A stretch of 63,198 bases of DNA, filler included, from Candidatus Fermentibacterota bacterium (GCA_016928395.1; 6 parts of 6 records of this genome joined end to end with filler, not necessarily neighbours in it); one strand, 5' to 3'. Counted from the first letter of the whole stretch, positions 48,274 to 59,331 are shown. A program made the numbers and translations. Notes: a model not told the origin generated them from the letters alone.

Positions 48274-49593
48274 CTATTGCGCGAGCATCTTACGGATCAT
48301 GTGGAGGGGGTGGATGAGGTAGAGCCACGGAAGCCACAGGCGCTTCTCCCTGCGGTGGTAGCTCAGGAGCCGAGTCGGCGACGGCGCAAGAATTCGCCAG
48401 ATGAGAACAAACCGGATGGGGCGGATGACAAGCCTGGGATTGGTGCGCATGGAACGCTCTAGCACGGCCAGTCCCGCATTGCTCCGCAGAATGCGCTCAC
48501 GCGCCCCTCGGCGTTGAACCGGCTTCGTTCCCTTGATAGCGGCGTCGGGCGCCCTCGCCGTCGGCATCGAGCCGGTCGCGCATGAACGGTAGCCAAGCCG
48601 TTCCAGGGCGGATTCGGCCTGGGACCATGGCTTGAGCAACTTGAGCACACGTAGACAGTCTATCACGTCGTCTGCGACATTCCATGCATGCGCACGCTCT
48701 GAGACGGCATGCCAGTTCAGATCATCTTTCTGCTTCCGTAGGAAGAGTTCTATGTCCAGGAACCAGAGCAGACGATTCCCAACTGCCGAGCCGCAATACC
48801 ACTCGGCGGCATACCCGCCGCTGAGCCCGACTGAATTGAGGATGCCGTGCTTCGCGACATGAAGACAGAGATAGATGAACTGGTCCTCCGCGGACAGCAC
48901 GGTGAAACAGCTCCGTCGCCCCTTGAACTCCCTCAGGCGCGCGAACAGATTCTCATCACGCACCCGGTAGAGGTTGGCCTTGTCCACCAGAGACCGGTGT
49001 AGTTCGATGGGCAAACCGCCCGGTTTATCCGACGTCAGGGTAATGTGAAAGTGCCATCCCGGCATCGAAGCGCGGCCGAAGCGCTTCCGGGCGCCGCCGC
49101 TATACCCCGCCTTTCTCAATGCCGAAATCGCGTCTTCGATGCGGTCGGCGGGTACCAGCAGGTCATTGTCCCCGTATTCGCGGGGGAAAAGGTCGCGATA
49201 GAGCAGTTCGTACAGATATGTCCCCTTCAACACCGCATACGGTATGACGGCCGCCTTCATCTCCCGGGCAACACCGTCCAAGGCGTCAAGCGTATTCGCG
49301 TGGTGCAGGGCTAGCCGAAGCTTGTTCTTGAGGACAAGCTGCCGTACGCCGGGCGGCACAGGTGGTGTCGTGGAGGTGCCCGCGGCCGAACCACCGATGA
49401 TCGGCAACAGACCGTGCCGTTGTAGAGACTTCGTGGCGCTGTACCAGTCCCGCACCTCACCGAGAGGGCACTCCACGGCGGGCGTGGGGCCGAGCGTACG
49501 GAAGCATGACAGCGCAAAGGCGTTCTGTTCATCGCGAGAACCCGGCTTTCCGCGCGGATCAGAAAGCATTTCACCGACTTGTGTCTGATCCAC
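48274..49593 (-). CDS. Nucleotidyltransferase family protein (NTP_transf_5-like)
   Basis: VLKG..L...Y, R.YGDNDLLV, IELH, LCLH..KH and LLWFLDI. Confidence 0.8.
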   Translation of the reverse strand: MDQTQVGEMLSDPRGKPGSRDEQNAFALSCFRTLGPTPAVECPLGEVRDWYSATKSLQRHGLLPIIGGSAAGTSTTPPVPPGVRQLVLKNKLRLALHHANTLDALDGVAREMKAAVIPYAVLKGTYLYELLYRDLFPREYGDNDLLVPADRIEDAISALRKAGYSGGARKRFGRASMPGWHFHITLTSDKPGGLPIELHRSLVDKANLYRVRDENLFARLREFKGRRSCFTVLSAEDQFIYLCLHVAKHGILNSVGLSGGYAAEWYCGSAVGNRLLWFLDIELFLRKQKDDLNWHAVSERAHAWNVADDVIDCLRVLKLLKPWSQAESALERLGYRSCATGSMPTARAPDAAIKGTKPVQRRGARERILRSNAGLAVLERSMRTNPRLVIRPIRFVLIWRILAPSPTRLLSYHRREKRLWLPWLYLIHPLHMIRKMLAQ

Positions 49594-50306
49594 TCAATCC
49601 TCCGAGATCATCAAGCCTCCACCGGCACTGCTGGGCCTGCATGTCGAAGAGCCTGGCAAAAGGGGCCGTGGGTCGGAGTGCCGGGAGGAAGTCAAGGGCA
49701 TTCTCCTGGTACTCCGCGACCTGCGGAATGTGTCGTTCACGACACCGCGAGAGTGGTCCTCGAACTGTTCGATAGATGCGCCGGGTCACGGGCATCCTAT
49801 GTCGATCAATCCGGCGTTTGGAGGTTCCTATCCGGAGAGACAGCGGGTCCATGTGCCGGCGTGGGCGGTGCTGATCCCGGTGTGCGGCAGCACGGGACTC
49901 TTCCTCACCCAGGAGAGATGGCCCTCCGCCGGGACCGGGACGGTGCCAGGCCAACATGGAAAGACGTATCTCGGTCGGTGCAGCCCGTCAGGCCCTGCAG
50001 GAAGTAACCGCAGACGAGTTGCTGCGTGAGAGTCGAACCCCCTTGCGGCAAAAGGAAGGGAGGCGGACCAGCTCGCGCAACCACCCGCGCGACCGACCGG
50101 TGTGGAACCTCGTGCTGTCGGACAGCGCGCATAGCCAACCCCAGTGACGCATATCCAGCCGGCGTATCAGACACCAACGCCGAGGGTTGAGCGACTCTAC
50201 GGAATGAAGCGCGGCCGGCCAGCGCCGTCAATATCGAACCAGAGGCTCCGCTCCACGCGAGGCTCGCCAGCCTTCGGCGCATGACACGGGTGCCCGTACG
50301 CTTCAC
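49571..50306 (-). pseudogene. Degenerate peptidoglycan transglycosylase (GT51) remnant
   Basis: QGGSTLTQQLVCGYFL (motif at 50013-50045) in a short ORF lacking the catalytic EDxxF motif. Confidence 0.45.
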
Positions 50307-50313
50307 GATTCCT

Positions 50314-51322
50314 TCACCTCATGACTCCTCCGCCGGCTTCACCGTGCCGACCTCCCGGCGCCGGAGCGCGTGGTCCGGAGAGTATGCCTGTGCACTCGAC
50401 CGCACAGGGCCCGAATAGCACCTCGACGGTATGGTCGAGCTGGTCGTTGACGAGCTTCAGGGTCTCGTCCTCTGACAATTGACCGTCGAGCGTCAGCCGT
50501 GTCGGACCTTGGTGTGTCGGAGCTTGCGTGAACACGAGGTGGTAGAAGGTTTGATAGTAGCGGTAGTGCAGCTTGAACTGGGTCCATGCGGCTGGGACCC
50601 GTGGCCGGAAGCGCACCGTATCCACCTGTCGCTCGATCCCGAAGATGACTTCGTGCAGCAGCCGGTAAAGCCACGCTGCTGAACCGGTGTACCATGTCCA
50701 CCCACCACGACCGGCATGGGGGGGCTGGCTGTAGACATCTGCCGCGACAACGTACGGTTCGACTTTGTAGCGCTCGACCGCCTGCGGGTCCAGCGCGTGG
50801 TTGATGGGGTTCAGCAGCGACACGAGCGCCGCGGCCTGCTCGCTTCGTCCGGCCAGCGCAAAGGCCATGGCCGCCCACACCGCGCCGTGGGTGTACTGCC
50901 CGCCGTTTTCGCGTATCCCCGGCGGGTACCCCTTGATGTAGCCGGGATCGAGGGCGGAACGATCGAATGGCGGGGTGAGGAGCTGGATGATCTGCAGCTC
51001 CTGGCGCACCAGCTGGTCCCACACGGAATCAAGTGCCAGCCGACGGCGCTCGGGGTCGCCGACCCCGGCGATCGTTGCCCAGCTTTGAGGCAGCAAGTCG
51101 ATCCGGCATTCCGAACTTTGCGCCGTACCCAGAGGCTCGCCGTTGTCGAAGTAGGCGCGACGGTACCACTGGCCGTCCCAGGCATGCGTCTCGATGTGGC
51201 CCGCCAGCTCGCTGGCGGTCGCCAGGCAGCGCCGGGAGAATGCCTCATCCCCCCTCCGCTCCGCCAGGGCGGAGAACTGGGAGAGCACCCCGTAGAGGAA
51301 GAACCCCAACCACACGCTCTCG
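50314..51322 (-). CDS. GH94 phosphorylase / cyclic beta-1,2-glucan synthase C-terminal fragment (5' partial)
   Basis: ESVWLGFFL, AWDGQWYRRAYFD, GYIKGYPPGIRENGGQYTH, EPYVVAADVY and GRGGWTWYTGSA. Confidence 0.9.
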
Positions 51323-51422
51323 NNNNNNNNNNNNNNNNNNNNNNNNNNNNNNNNNNNNNNNNNNNNTTAATTAATTAANNNNNNNNNNNNNNNNNNNNNN
51401 NNNNNNNNNNNNNNNNNNNNNN
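51323..51422. other. Artificial contig spacer
   Basis: N-run, TTAATTAATTAA, N-run. Confidence 0.98.
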
Positions 51423-51423
51423 C

Positions 51424-51948
51424 TATCCCCTGGCAGCGATCATCGTTGCGGTTGGCCTCGAAACAATCATGGCGCTCGTCCTGCGGTCGGGGACAAACCG
51501 GGGCCGCACACTTGATACCCTCGTGGCCGTGTTACTCGGCTTTGCTCTGTTCGCCCAGCCGTATCGGATCGTGTTTCTCTCGGCGTGGAGTCCACGCGAA
51601 GAGCGCTGGGAGGAGGAGAAGTATCATCTTGCCCACTTCCTGCAATCGGAACTCCGGCACGGGCCGACGTACGCCAAGCTGACTGTGGTCTACCAGGGAT
51701 ACGACCAACACCTGAGATTCTATGCGGAAGCTTTGCGCAGGAAGGGTTGCGCCGTGAGCTTTGCTGAGCCGAGCCTGCTCCCGAACTCAGTGCTCGCTGC
51801 GGCATCCCAGCTTCCGATTAAGGCGCAGATCGAGAGCCTTTATTCTCATGATGTGATCCGCGAAACGGGAGACACGAGAGTGTACTTGATCCGTCAGAAG
51901 AGGGGCAGGATCGATGGGCACCCGCCTGATGCCCTGCCGGGCCTCTGA
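51424..51948 (+). CDS. C-terminal part of a membrane protein (5' partial; ArnT-like tail possible)
   Basis: Frame open from the contig edge (YPLAAIIVAVGL), two TMs, then a soluble tail. Confidence 0.5.
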   Translation, partial: YPLAAIIVAVGLETIMALVLRSGTNRGRTLDTLVAVLLGFALFAQPYRIVFLSAWSPREERWEEEKYHLAHFLQSELRHGPTYAKLTVVYQGYDQHLRFYAEALRRKGCAVSFAEPSLLPNSVLAAASQLPIKAQIESLYSHDVIRETGDTRVYLIRQKRGRIDGHPPDALPGL

Positions 51949-52009
51949 GGAAATCCGATGGCGACGAATTGCTCCTGCAGCTGCAGTCTATTGAACACTC
52001 GGCGCGCTC

Positions 52010-52546
52010 TCATGAGCGCGCGGTGGCGCCTGCGAGCAACCACAAATCCTTCAGACGAATAACCTCAGCATTACCCACCGCACGGCGGACGCGACACTCG
52101 AGGCGCCAAAGCGCGGGATTCTTGGACAACGGAAGGGCCACATCGCAGGGCAGAGGGAAGCAGCTATCGAGTTTCCAGTGTCGGGGTTGGGGGTAGAATG
52201 AAGTCAGATTGGCATATCCTGCGAGGATCTGTCCCGCACTACCCGATGCAGTGACGAAGAACTCGATGGTGAGATCTTCGTCTACCGGGCCGATCCTCCT
52301 ACAGTGAAAAGTGAGCACGAACTGAGGCGTGTATGCGCTGTCAGGAGGAAGACCGGAGACTCCCGAGAGCAGGAGACCGGGTACGACCTCAAGGTCAATA
52401 GGGGTGGTTTCTCCTGACTCATTGCAGGTCATACGAGGGCCCACATCGAGAGGCGTAACTTGCCGGGTGGTCCTTTGCTCGTGATCTCCACAACCGAGAC
52501 CAAGTGACCCCAGCAGCAAAGCGATAACGCCGAACGATTCCCTCAC
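52010..52546 (-). CDS. Hypothetical lipoprotein
   Basis: Lipobox-like GLGC; directly downstream of the sulfatase gene. Confidence 0.55.
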   Translation of the reverse strand: MRESFGVIALLLGSLGLGCGDHEQRTTRQVTPLDVGPRMTCNESGETTPIDLEVVPGLLLSGVSGLPPDSAYTPQFVLTFHCRRIGPVDEDLTIEFFVTASGSAGQILAGYANLTSFYPQPRHWKLDSCFPLPCDVALPLSKNPALWRLECRVRRAVGNAEVIRLKDLWLLAGATARS

Positions 52547-52556
52547 CTTCGAATCC

Positions 52557-54578
52557 TCATTCGACGTAGCCCAGGGCGCTAAGCGCCCTGACCAAAGTAG
52601 AGTCGCTCGAGGTCATACCAGGAGCATGTTTTGTCTGGGTATTCTTCACGGAATCTCGGAGAAGCTCAAGGAGCCCATCCACCGTGGAAGGGTGTTCCAG
52701 GGCCACATCGTGCATCTCCACCTGATCGTTGACTCGATCATAAAGGTGGACTAGCTGCTGAACGTGATCCAGAACACAACTCCATTGGGGTGTCCTGATG
52801 GCCTGGGCATCAGCAAGTGGCTCGGGAGACGTCGCGTGCTTCTCGTAGAATGCCTCCGAGATGAGCGTCGTGGCTGGCTTGAAGCCTTTGCCGAGCAGGG
52901 AACGAGAGGGCATGGCGGTTGGCTGCTCGATGCCTGCGAGAGCGAGCACGGTCGGGGCAATGCAATCGAGCGGAACGAGCCCGCGTATTCTCCCTGCCCT
53001 GACTGAAGCGGCACGAATGGCCAGAGGGACATGAGCGGTCTCATCGTAGACCTCATGTCCGTGCAGTCTATCGCGATGATACTCAAGGCCCTCCCCGTGG
53101 TCGGCCGTGACGATCCACAGGACTTCACGGGGGTTGACCGTCTGCTCCACCATCGCCACGAGGGCGCCGAAGATCGAATCCAGCGCCGCTACTGCTCCTG
53201 CGTATTGCTGTCTGTCCTGGTCAACCGCGTGGTAGAAATCCGGGTAAGCTCTGAACTTGAGCGTCGCCAACACTGTGTCAGGTGTAGAGTTGTGGAGGGT
53301 CGCTTCCGTATCATCGCTGAACACTATGTCGCCCTCCTTCCACTGCGGAGGGAACACCAAGTACTCGACCTTCTTCGGCCGCTGCACGTCCTCGGCCCAG
53401 CTAAGGGATACCTGAGGGCCCGGAGTCACCCGAACATCCCAGATGGCCATCGAAAGCACGTCGTCGTCTCGTGTGTCGCAGCCGGTGGAAAACGATCCAG
53501 CATGGAACCGCAGGGCCGTATCACCAGGCGGGAGAACTACATTGACTGTTTCAAGATCGCTGTCAGCCGTCAGACGATAGGCAGGCCCTCGCGGGAGCCC
53601 ACACTCGAGGCGACAGATGTCGTGGGGAAGCGTCCGGGCCACATGTACGGTCGACAGGTTGATGAACAGGAAGAAGGGCTCCTCATTCACCGTCTGCAGC
53701 CATGCCGAGATTCGATCGAGTGTCCATCCCTTCGTCTTGATGCACTCGACGTATGAATCGAACCCTATCGGGAATCCCGAAGGCTCCTTGAGCGCGGCGA
53801 TCTCGAAGAAAGCGCCAGTACGATAGCCTGCTCCATAAAGAAGCTGATGGATTGCGGTAACGTCCGACGGAACAACCTGGAGGTTCTTTCTTATCCCGTG
53901 GACCCGCGGTGTCAATCCGGTGAACATGGTGACGTGGGAGGGGAGCGTGTACGTCGTCCGAGTATAGGCCTCCATGAACTCGCGGGATTCGCTGAGGAAG
54001 CGGTCGATGTGCGGAGTCTGTGCCAGGGTTGACCCATACCTGGAGATGTGATCGAATCGGAAGGTATCGAACACAACCATTACGATGCTCGGCATCCCAT
54101 GGGTTGGAGATGACCGGACGCGTGCATTCTCCAGCCTCGGCGCAACCAGAGCAAAGGAGTCGCAGCAGACCCATCCACCAACCCAGCGCGCTACCATTGC
54201 ACCTTTGCCAGCGGTCGTCAGGGGGACTCGAAAATCGTACCAGTTGGCGGAGGAATCTGCGTGCCCGGGCCAACGGAGGAGATCCGACTCCCGACCCTTT
54301 TCATCGCGCCAACAGAACTCCAGCATAGGCTCGGATGGCAGACAGCCGGTGAGCAGTGCTCCTGACCACACGAGGGCCTGGCCTCTCCTGGCCTCTCCCG
54401 GGAATCTCAGTTCGGCTCCCGGAGCGAGTATGTAGCTCCAGCGTTCGCGACCAGCGTGGACGATCCTCCTGCCTTGACTCACATCCTTCGCAAGAGGAAC
54501 GACCGCAGGGTGTCCAGCAAGAGGGGCATCCGCGAAACACAGAACGAGAATGGCAAAGAGCCGCGTTATCGAGAACAT
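52557..54578 (-). CDS. Sulfatase-like hydrolase/transferase
   Basis: FDTFRFDH, TPHID, TLPSH.TMFTG, TADHGEG, HGH..YDE..HVPL and LSALGY. Confidence 0.85.
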   Translation of the reverse strand: MFSITRLFAILVLCFADAPLAGHPAVVPLAKDVSQGRRIVHAGRERWSYILAPGAELRFPGEARRGQALVWSGALLTGCLPSEPMLEFCWRDEKGRESDLLRWPGHADSSANWYDFRVPLTTAGKGAMVARWVGGWVCCDSFALVAPRLENARVRSSPTHGMPSIVMVVFDTFRFDHISRYGSTLAQTPHIDRFLSESREFMEAYTRTTYTLPSHVTMFTGLTPRVHGIRKNLQVVPSDVTAIHQLLYGAGYRTGAFFEIAALKEPSGFPIGFDSYVECIKTKGWTLDRISAWLQTVNEEPFFLFINLSTVHVARTLPHDICRLECGLPRGPAYRLTADSDLETVNVVLPPGDTALRFHAGSFSTGCDTRDDDVLSMAIWDVRVTPGPQVSLSWAEDVQRPKKVEYLVFPPQWKEGDIVFSDDTEATLHNSTPDTVLATLKFRAYPDFYHAVDQDRQQYAGAVAALDSIFGALVAMVEQTVNPREVLWIVTADHGEGLEYHRDRLHGHEVYDETAHVPLAIRAASVRAGRIRGLVPLDCIAPTVLALAGIEQPTAMPSRSLLGKGFKPATTLISEAFYEKHATSPEPLADAQAIRTPQWSCVLDHVQQLVHLYDRVNDQVEMHDVALEHPSTVDGLLELLRDSVKNTQTKHAPGMTSSDSTLVRALSALGYVE

Positions 54579-54765
54579 GACAATCCCGCCGAGCCCACAT
54601 CACTGAGGGCAATTGCGTGTGAGGATTCCAGAGAGGGCATCCTGTGGCAGCCAAACCGATCAGTATGGCTCATTCTTCCATTGCCTCATGGCCCATCAGG
54701 TCAGGAACGACTCACCCAGAAGGCGAGCGAGCATTATACTCGAAGCCAGGAGCTGCGCACACCTT

Positions 54766-56154
54766 CTATCCATCCGTATCCCCCAGTCCGCGGGATCCGA
54801 CGGGCGATGGATCGTGGGAATTGCCAAGGGCTCCTCGCCAGATTCTCTCCCTCGGTTCCCCGGCAGTCTGTCCGCACCCGTTGCGCGGACACTTGAAATC
54901 ATCTCCGGGTCTGCTTGAGGCAGAGATATGAGGGCTACGTGAGCTCGGTCTGTCTCTGACTCTGACTGAATCCACCCATTCGAGGCGGAGCAATGCTCGC
55001 ATCACGCTTTCTGCCTCCAGTGCATTACCAGGCGGTGTCGGATGGCCATGGAAGAGCTCCTCGATGGTGTATGCGGCGCCCAGATCGTCCAGCTCACGGA
55101 GGTGGTCGACAAATCGCAGACCGGCCGCCCGGAGGTCCTCCAACAAGGGCTCATGGGGAGCCGTGCCATTGCGACGCCACCTGGTCACGTCGCTTGACGC
55201 CGGCTGGATGAAGATCAGCGGAAGCGCACCGTCGGATTCGACCTCGCGGTAGAACCCGGTGAGTACCCGCCACAGCACCCGGTACGCATAGGAATCCTTG
55301 TTGTAGCGACCCTTGGGCATGAGCGGTTGCCACTTGTCGAATACCTGCATGCGGTAGTGGTGGGCCAAGGTCAGGCCCAGTCGCACGCAGCCGTTCGCCC
55401 TGGCCCACGGAGGAATCCACGGCGCCCCGTAGCGATAATGGAACCAGAAATCATCCCTGCCCAGGGCCTGAAGGAATGCCGGATCATTGAGACGCGGTAG
55501 ATCCCTGGCCTGGCGGATTGGATTGGGCATAAGGCGAAGCGAATCCCCCGCACGCCGGAAGTACGGCTTCGTGAAGGGAAGATCCTGCCCACCGGTGTAG
55601 AAGGGCCTGAACACGCTCACCACGCGGTTGATGTTCTCGGTCATGTAGCAGATGAGCACGATGTCCGGCTTGAACCTCTTGCCATCCCGCTGGTACCTCA
55701 GCCAGCACTGATCCGGGCCATAGCCGCCCACGGCGAAGTTCAGCACTTCGCAGTCGCGAGCGCGCGCCTCGATGATGGTGGGCCAGCTCTCTTCGGTGGT
55801 GACATCAGCCGCTTCCGTGTTGCTCTCGCCGAACGCGGCGATCCGGAGCACGCCCTCGGGCTTCTCCAGTGCATACTCACGGGCGGAGCACATCCCGGCT
55901 GCGTTGGTGGTCTGCCCCCGCTTGTTGAAGCCTTCGGTCATGGTCCAGCCGAGGTCGGCATCAAAACGGCGGTTCCAGGCGTGCCCCAGGGCAGCCTCAC
56001 TGATCCTCTGTGATTGCCACTTTGAAAGCCGGAAGTCTCCGGGGTAGCGGATATCCTTCCATCGATCGAGGATCACCAACGAAACCCATGAAAGCCCCTC
56101 GATGGCGAGTATGGTGGATGCAATCAGAATCACCCGGAAGGCAGTCGTCCTCAC
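54766..56154 (-). CDS. SGNH/GDSL-like hydrolase, membrane-anchored
   Basis: N-terminal TM; RIAAFGESNT, LNFAVGGYGPDQ, KPDIV and HPTPPGN. Confidence 0.82.
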   Translation of the reverse strand: MRTTAFRVILIASTILAIEGLSWVSLVILDRWKDIRYPGDFRLSKWQSQRISEAALGHAWNRRFDADLGWTMTEGFNKRGQTTNAAGMCSAREYALEKPEGVLRIAAFGESNTEAADVTTEESWPTIIEARARDCEVLNFAVGGYGPDQCWLRYQRDGKRFKPDIVLICYMTENINRVVSVFRPFYTGGQDLPFTKPYFRRAGDSLRLMPNPIRQARDLPRLNDPAFLQALGRDDFWFHYRYGAPWIPPWARANGCVRLGLTLAHHYRMQVFDKWQPLMPKGRYNKDSYAYRVLWRVLTGFYREVESDGALPLIFIQPASSDVTRWRRNGTAPHEPLLEDLRAAGLRFVDHLRELDDLGAAYTIEELFHGHPTPPGNALEAESVMRALLRLEWVDSVRVRDRPSSRSPHISASSRPGDDFKCPRNGCGQTAGEPRERIWRGALGNSHDPSPVGSRGLGDTDG

Positions 56155-56509
56155 GCCGTTCTCCCCAACAGAACAGGATCATACCTCGAGAATCCCAACC
56201 GAAGATCGCGCTGATGCTTCGAGGATGTCAACCCCATATGCAAGTCGAGTGCCGTGAGACCAAGGTCCACACCGGGCGAGCAGACGGCCATCGTACCTGC
56301 CGGCCATGCATATCCTGCGTGGGGCCCCATGCACGATGTGCGCGGTCAGGCACCGGGAATGCGCAATGAGCACCCGCGTACCCGCTCAGGCATTGACGCA
56401 GGATGTCACGCTCGACGATTCGATGTCGACACACGCACAGGCTTGACCCGCGACTGTCTGCCCACTCTCTTGAGGAGCTATCGGCACGCGCCATGCTGGA
56501 CGAAGCTCC

Positions 56510-58045
56510 ATGAGGCATCGGAACTCCGTCGTGTGGAGTCCCTCGAGAATCCAGGCACACGCAAGGGAGTGGAATGTGCAGGGTGTGGATCATGGAGCCG
56601 AGACTGCTTCCACCTGTGTCGTGATTACCGGGCGAGACCGATGGTGGCGGCACGGCAGGTGGATTGTACCGGCCGGCATCGCGGTCTACGCGGCCCTGAT
56701 CATGGTCGCGGTCTCATCGCAAGAGATTCTCCTCGGCGACGGCGCGTTCTTCTCGTTTACCGCTACCCTCAGTGACCCATGGGCCGCGAACTGGCGGGAC
56801 TATCCAGGACGCTTCATCGTGTTCCTGACTACGGTGGTCCCCACCCACCTGCTGTACCGAGCGGGCCTGCCGTTTCACGCGGTTCCTGACGTCTACGCGT
56901 TTCTTTTCCTCATCCATCCGATGGTGGGGATGGTATGCGCCTACGCACTCCTGCCAAGGGCGGAACGAGACTGGCTTCTCCTTCCTCTCGCATTTTGGGC
57001 CGGGATCGGGATGTGTACTTTCGGCTTCCCGATGGAAGCCTTTGTGACTGCTTCGGCGTTCTGGCCGTTGCTATTCGGGGCGCTGTATCCTCCAAGGAGC
57101 ATCTGGCACACGGCAATGCTCCTTGGGGCGACACTGGTCTTCTGCTTCTCCCACGAGGCGGCACTGCTTGCAGTGCCCGCCATTCTGCTGGCGATTCTGT
57201 GGAACGGGCAGCGATTCGTGTGGCCTGCGCGGCTGCCACGCTGCGGATTGCTTTTGCTGATGACGGTCGGGATCGCGGCCCTGGGTGCTTTGTACTTCGC
57301 TGCTTTGTTCCGACCAGCGAATCCGCAGGTGGCCCATGCACTGGGAGAGAATAGACTCCAGGCGTTCGACCCGATGATCTTCCGGCGGTTCCCGATGCTC
57401 AGGGCCGGTAGTATCATCTTGGCACTAAGCGTCGCATCCCTCTTTATCAACGTCTCCAGGCACAGACGCAGCATTCTCGTGCTCGTGTTCCTGGCCACGG
57501 CTGTTGTTGTGACAAAGACGCTGGTCTCACATGAGCTGGCCCCGCAGCGACTCTACCTCGCGCGAACGGCGATTCTCTACATGCTCCCCGTGTGTGGCAT
57601 TGCAGTCGTGTGCGGTGTCCGCAGAGCGAGAAGGCCCGATCGAGCCTTCCTGACGTCCGTGATTGCCATGCTGATGGGCGCGCAGCTTGTCCATCACCTC
57701 GCTTTGAATCGCGACTGGCGAATGTACCGGGATAGGTTCGTCACCGAGCTGTCGGTGAACAGGTCAGAGGCACTGGTTGACTACAGGGCCGTTTCGTTGC
57801 CCGCCTTCGTCCAGTGGACGCCACGCCTGAATGGCTTCATCTGGCCATGGGTGATGCCCTATCAGAGCATGTTCTTGAGGCTGCCGCCGGGCGTTGATCG
57901 GAAACACCTGCTGTACAACCCTCGATCCAGTTACGTCCACATCGGCTGTGGCCCGATGCGCCGATTCGCGCTCTCGCCGCCCAAGGAGATCCTCCCTGAG
58001 CTTGGCGCGGCCTTGGCCGATCATGTGTGTCGGCACAATCCGTAG
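56510..58045 (+). CDS. Polytopic membrane protein, hypothetical
   Basis: Many hydrophobic segments, FSHE motif; start uncertain. Confidence 0.65.
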   Translation: MRHRNSVVWSPSRIQAHAREWNVQGVDHGAETASTCVVITGRDRWWRHGRWIVPAGIAVYAALIMVAVSSQEILLGDGAFFSFTATLSDPWAANWRDYPGRFIVFLTTVVPTHLLYRAGLPFHAVPDVYAFLFLIHPMVGMVCAYALLPRAERDWLLLPLAFWAGIGMCTFGFPMEAFVTASAFWPLLFGALYPPRSIWHTAMLLGATLVFCFSHEAALLAVPAILLAILWNGQRFVWPARLPRCGLLLLMTVGIAALGALYFAALFRPANPQVAHALGENRLQAFDPMIFRRFPMLRAGSIILALSVASLFINVSRHRRSILVLVFLATAVVVTKTLVSHELAPQRLYLARTAILYMLPVCGIAVVCGVRRARRPDRAFLTSVIAMLMGAQLVHHLALNRDWRMYRDRFVTELSVNRSEALVDYRAVSLPAFVQWTPRLNGFIWPWVMPYQSMFLRLPPGVDRKHLLYNPRSSYVHIGCGPMRRFALSPPKEILPELGAALADHVCRHNP

Positions 58046-58157
58046 CGGTGGGGACTACGATCGGTGCACCATGCCTGAGATTCCACACAGAGGGGAGGCG
58101 AGGGTTCGTGGCATCATTCGCGCTCGTACACCTGCTTCCTCATCCCATGGTCGCCCA

Positions 58158-58345
58158 GGCGGAGTCAGGCTCCGCCCCTACAGGGCAACAGCGGGGTGCA
58201 GGCCAGTTGTACGAGCCCCCGCACTGCCACGTCCACAACGATACCGACCCCGAAACGCCGCCCCTGGCGGGCGACCACGGGCGGTCGCCCCTACGACGGC
58301 AACGGTGCCCCCGTCATTTCCGTAGGGGTGTGACCCCGTGCGCGG
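58158..58345. repeat. Cluster of GTAG-type REP-like palindromes
   Basis: Minus-strand GTAGGGGCGGAGCCTGACTCCGCC (58158-58181) and GTAGGGGCGACCGCCCGTGGTCGCCC (58269-58294); degenerate plus-strand GTAGGGG at 58322. Confidence 0.7.
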
Positions 58346-58461
58346 TTGTGAAAGCTCGCATCCAGCGGTGCGGGGCAACCGATGGCACGCCACCGCACTC
58401 CAAGGCCCCGGCGCTGGGAGAGAATGCCGTTTGGGCGGCCGGAGACCGGCCGCCCCGCCGG

Positions 58462-58578
58462 TTACTTAACCTGCTTGGCCTGGGCCTTCTTGGCCTGGGC
58501 CTGCTTGGCCTTCTGGTCCTGCTGCGTGGTCTTCTGCTTCTTTCCCTTGTCCTTGGCCTTCTTGCCTTTGTCTCCCAT
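58462..58578 (-). CDS. 38-aa Lys/Gln-rich small protein
   Basis: MGDKGKKAKDKGKKQKTTQQDQKAKQAQAKKAQAKQVK; purine-rich RBS; 10-bp hairpin (58433-58455) after the stop. Confidence 0.65.
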   Translation of the reverse strand: MGDKGKKAKDKGKKQKTTQQDQKAKQAQAKKAQAKQVK

Positions 58579-58860
58579 TGCATGCCTTCCTTTCTCTTTT
58601 CTGCCGGCGCCTGGCCCCGCGCCGGCAGGCATGGTGTCTGTGCCGTTCGCCATGCGCGCCCACGAGCCCCCACGGCAGGCGACTATGTCACACGGCACCA
58701 CCCAAGAACGTCCGGGATCTTTCGATGTCCAGCAGAAAAACGTGTCGAGGGCACAGGCTTCGGTGTGGGGTCGGATATCTGCCTGCTCGCGCCGCGTCAC
58801 TCGTGCGATGCGCCGATTTCGATGTGCTGCCCTCCCTGTATGCCGGGGTTCATGCTCGGC

Positions 58861-59331
58861 TCAGCCGATGATCGCACCGCTCCAGAGTTCCTCCAGGAAC
58901 AGGCGCCACGGGAGAACGCGGATTCCCTCGTGGAGGCGCTCCCGGGTTTCACTGCACACCACGATTGCCGAACGGGGCGAGTGGTCGTCGGCGAAGGCGT
59001 GGATGGCGTGAAGCTCTCTTCGCTCCACCTTTCGAGAAGCCTTGATTTCGATGGCAACCTCACCGTCGGCGAGAATGAAGTCGACTTCAAGCCCAGTCTT
59101 CGTTCTCCAGAACGTGATGTCGTAGTGCAGCTCGCTGATGGAGCTGTGAGCCGCAAGCTCCATCAGCATGAAGTGCTCGAAGGCTCTTCCGAACGCTTCG
59201 CCTCGCTCCTCAGCCGCGATCGTCTTGGTGAGCGTCCCTGCGACGCCAACGTCGAAGAGGTAGAACTTGGGCGTTCGCAGTATGATCTGACGACTCTGTC
59301 TGCGGGCGTAGGGTTCCACCAGCCTTCCGAG
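58861..59331 (-). pseudogene. C-terminal DUF4143 part of an AAA+ ATPase, truncated upstream
   Basis: PKFYLFDVG, GRAFE, FWRTKTGLEVDF and AIEIK; the frame is closed by a stop immediately upstream of LGRLVEP. Confidence 0.78.
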
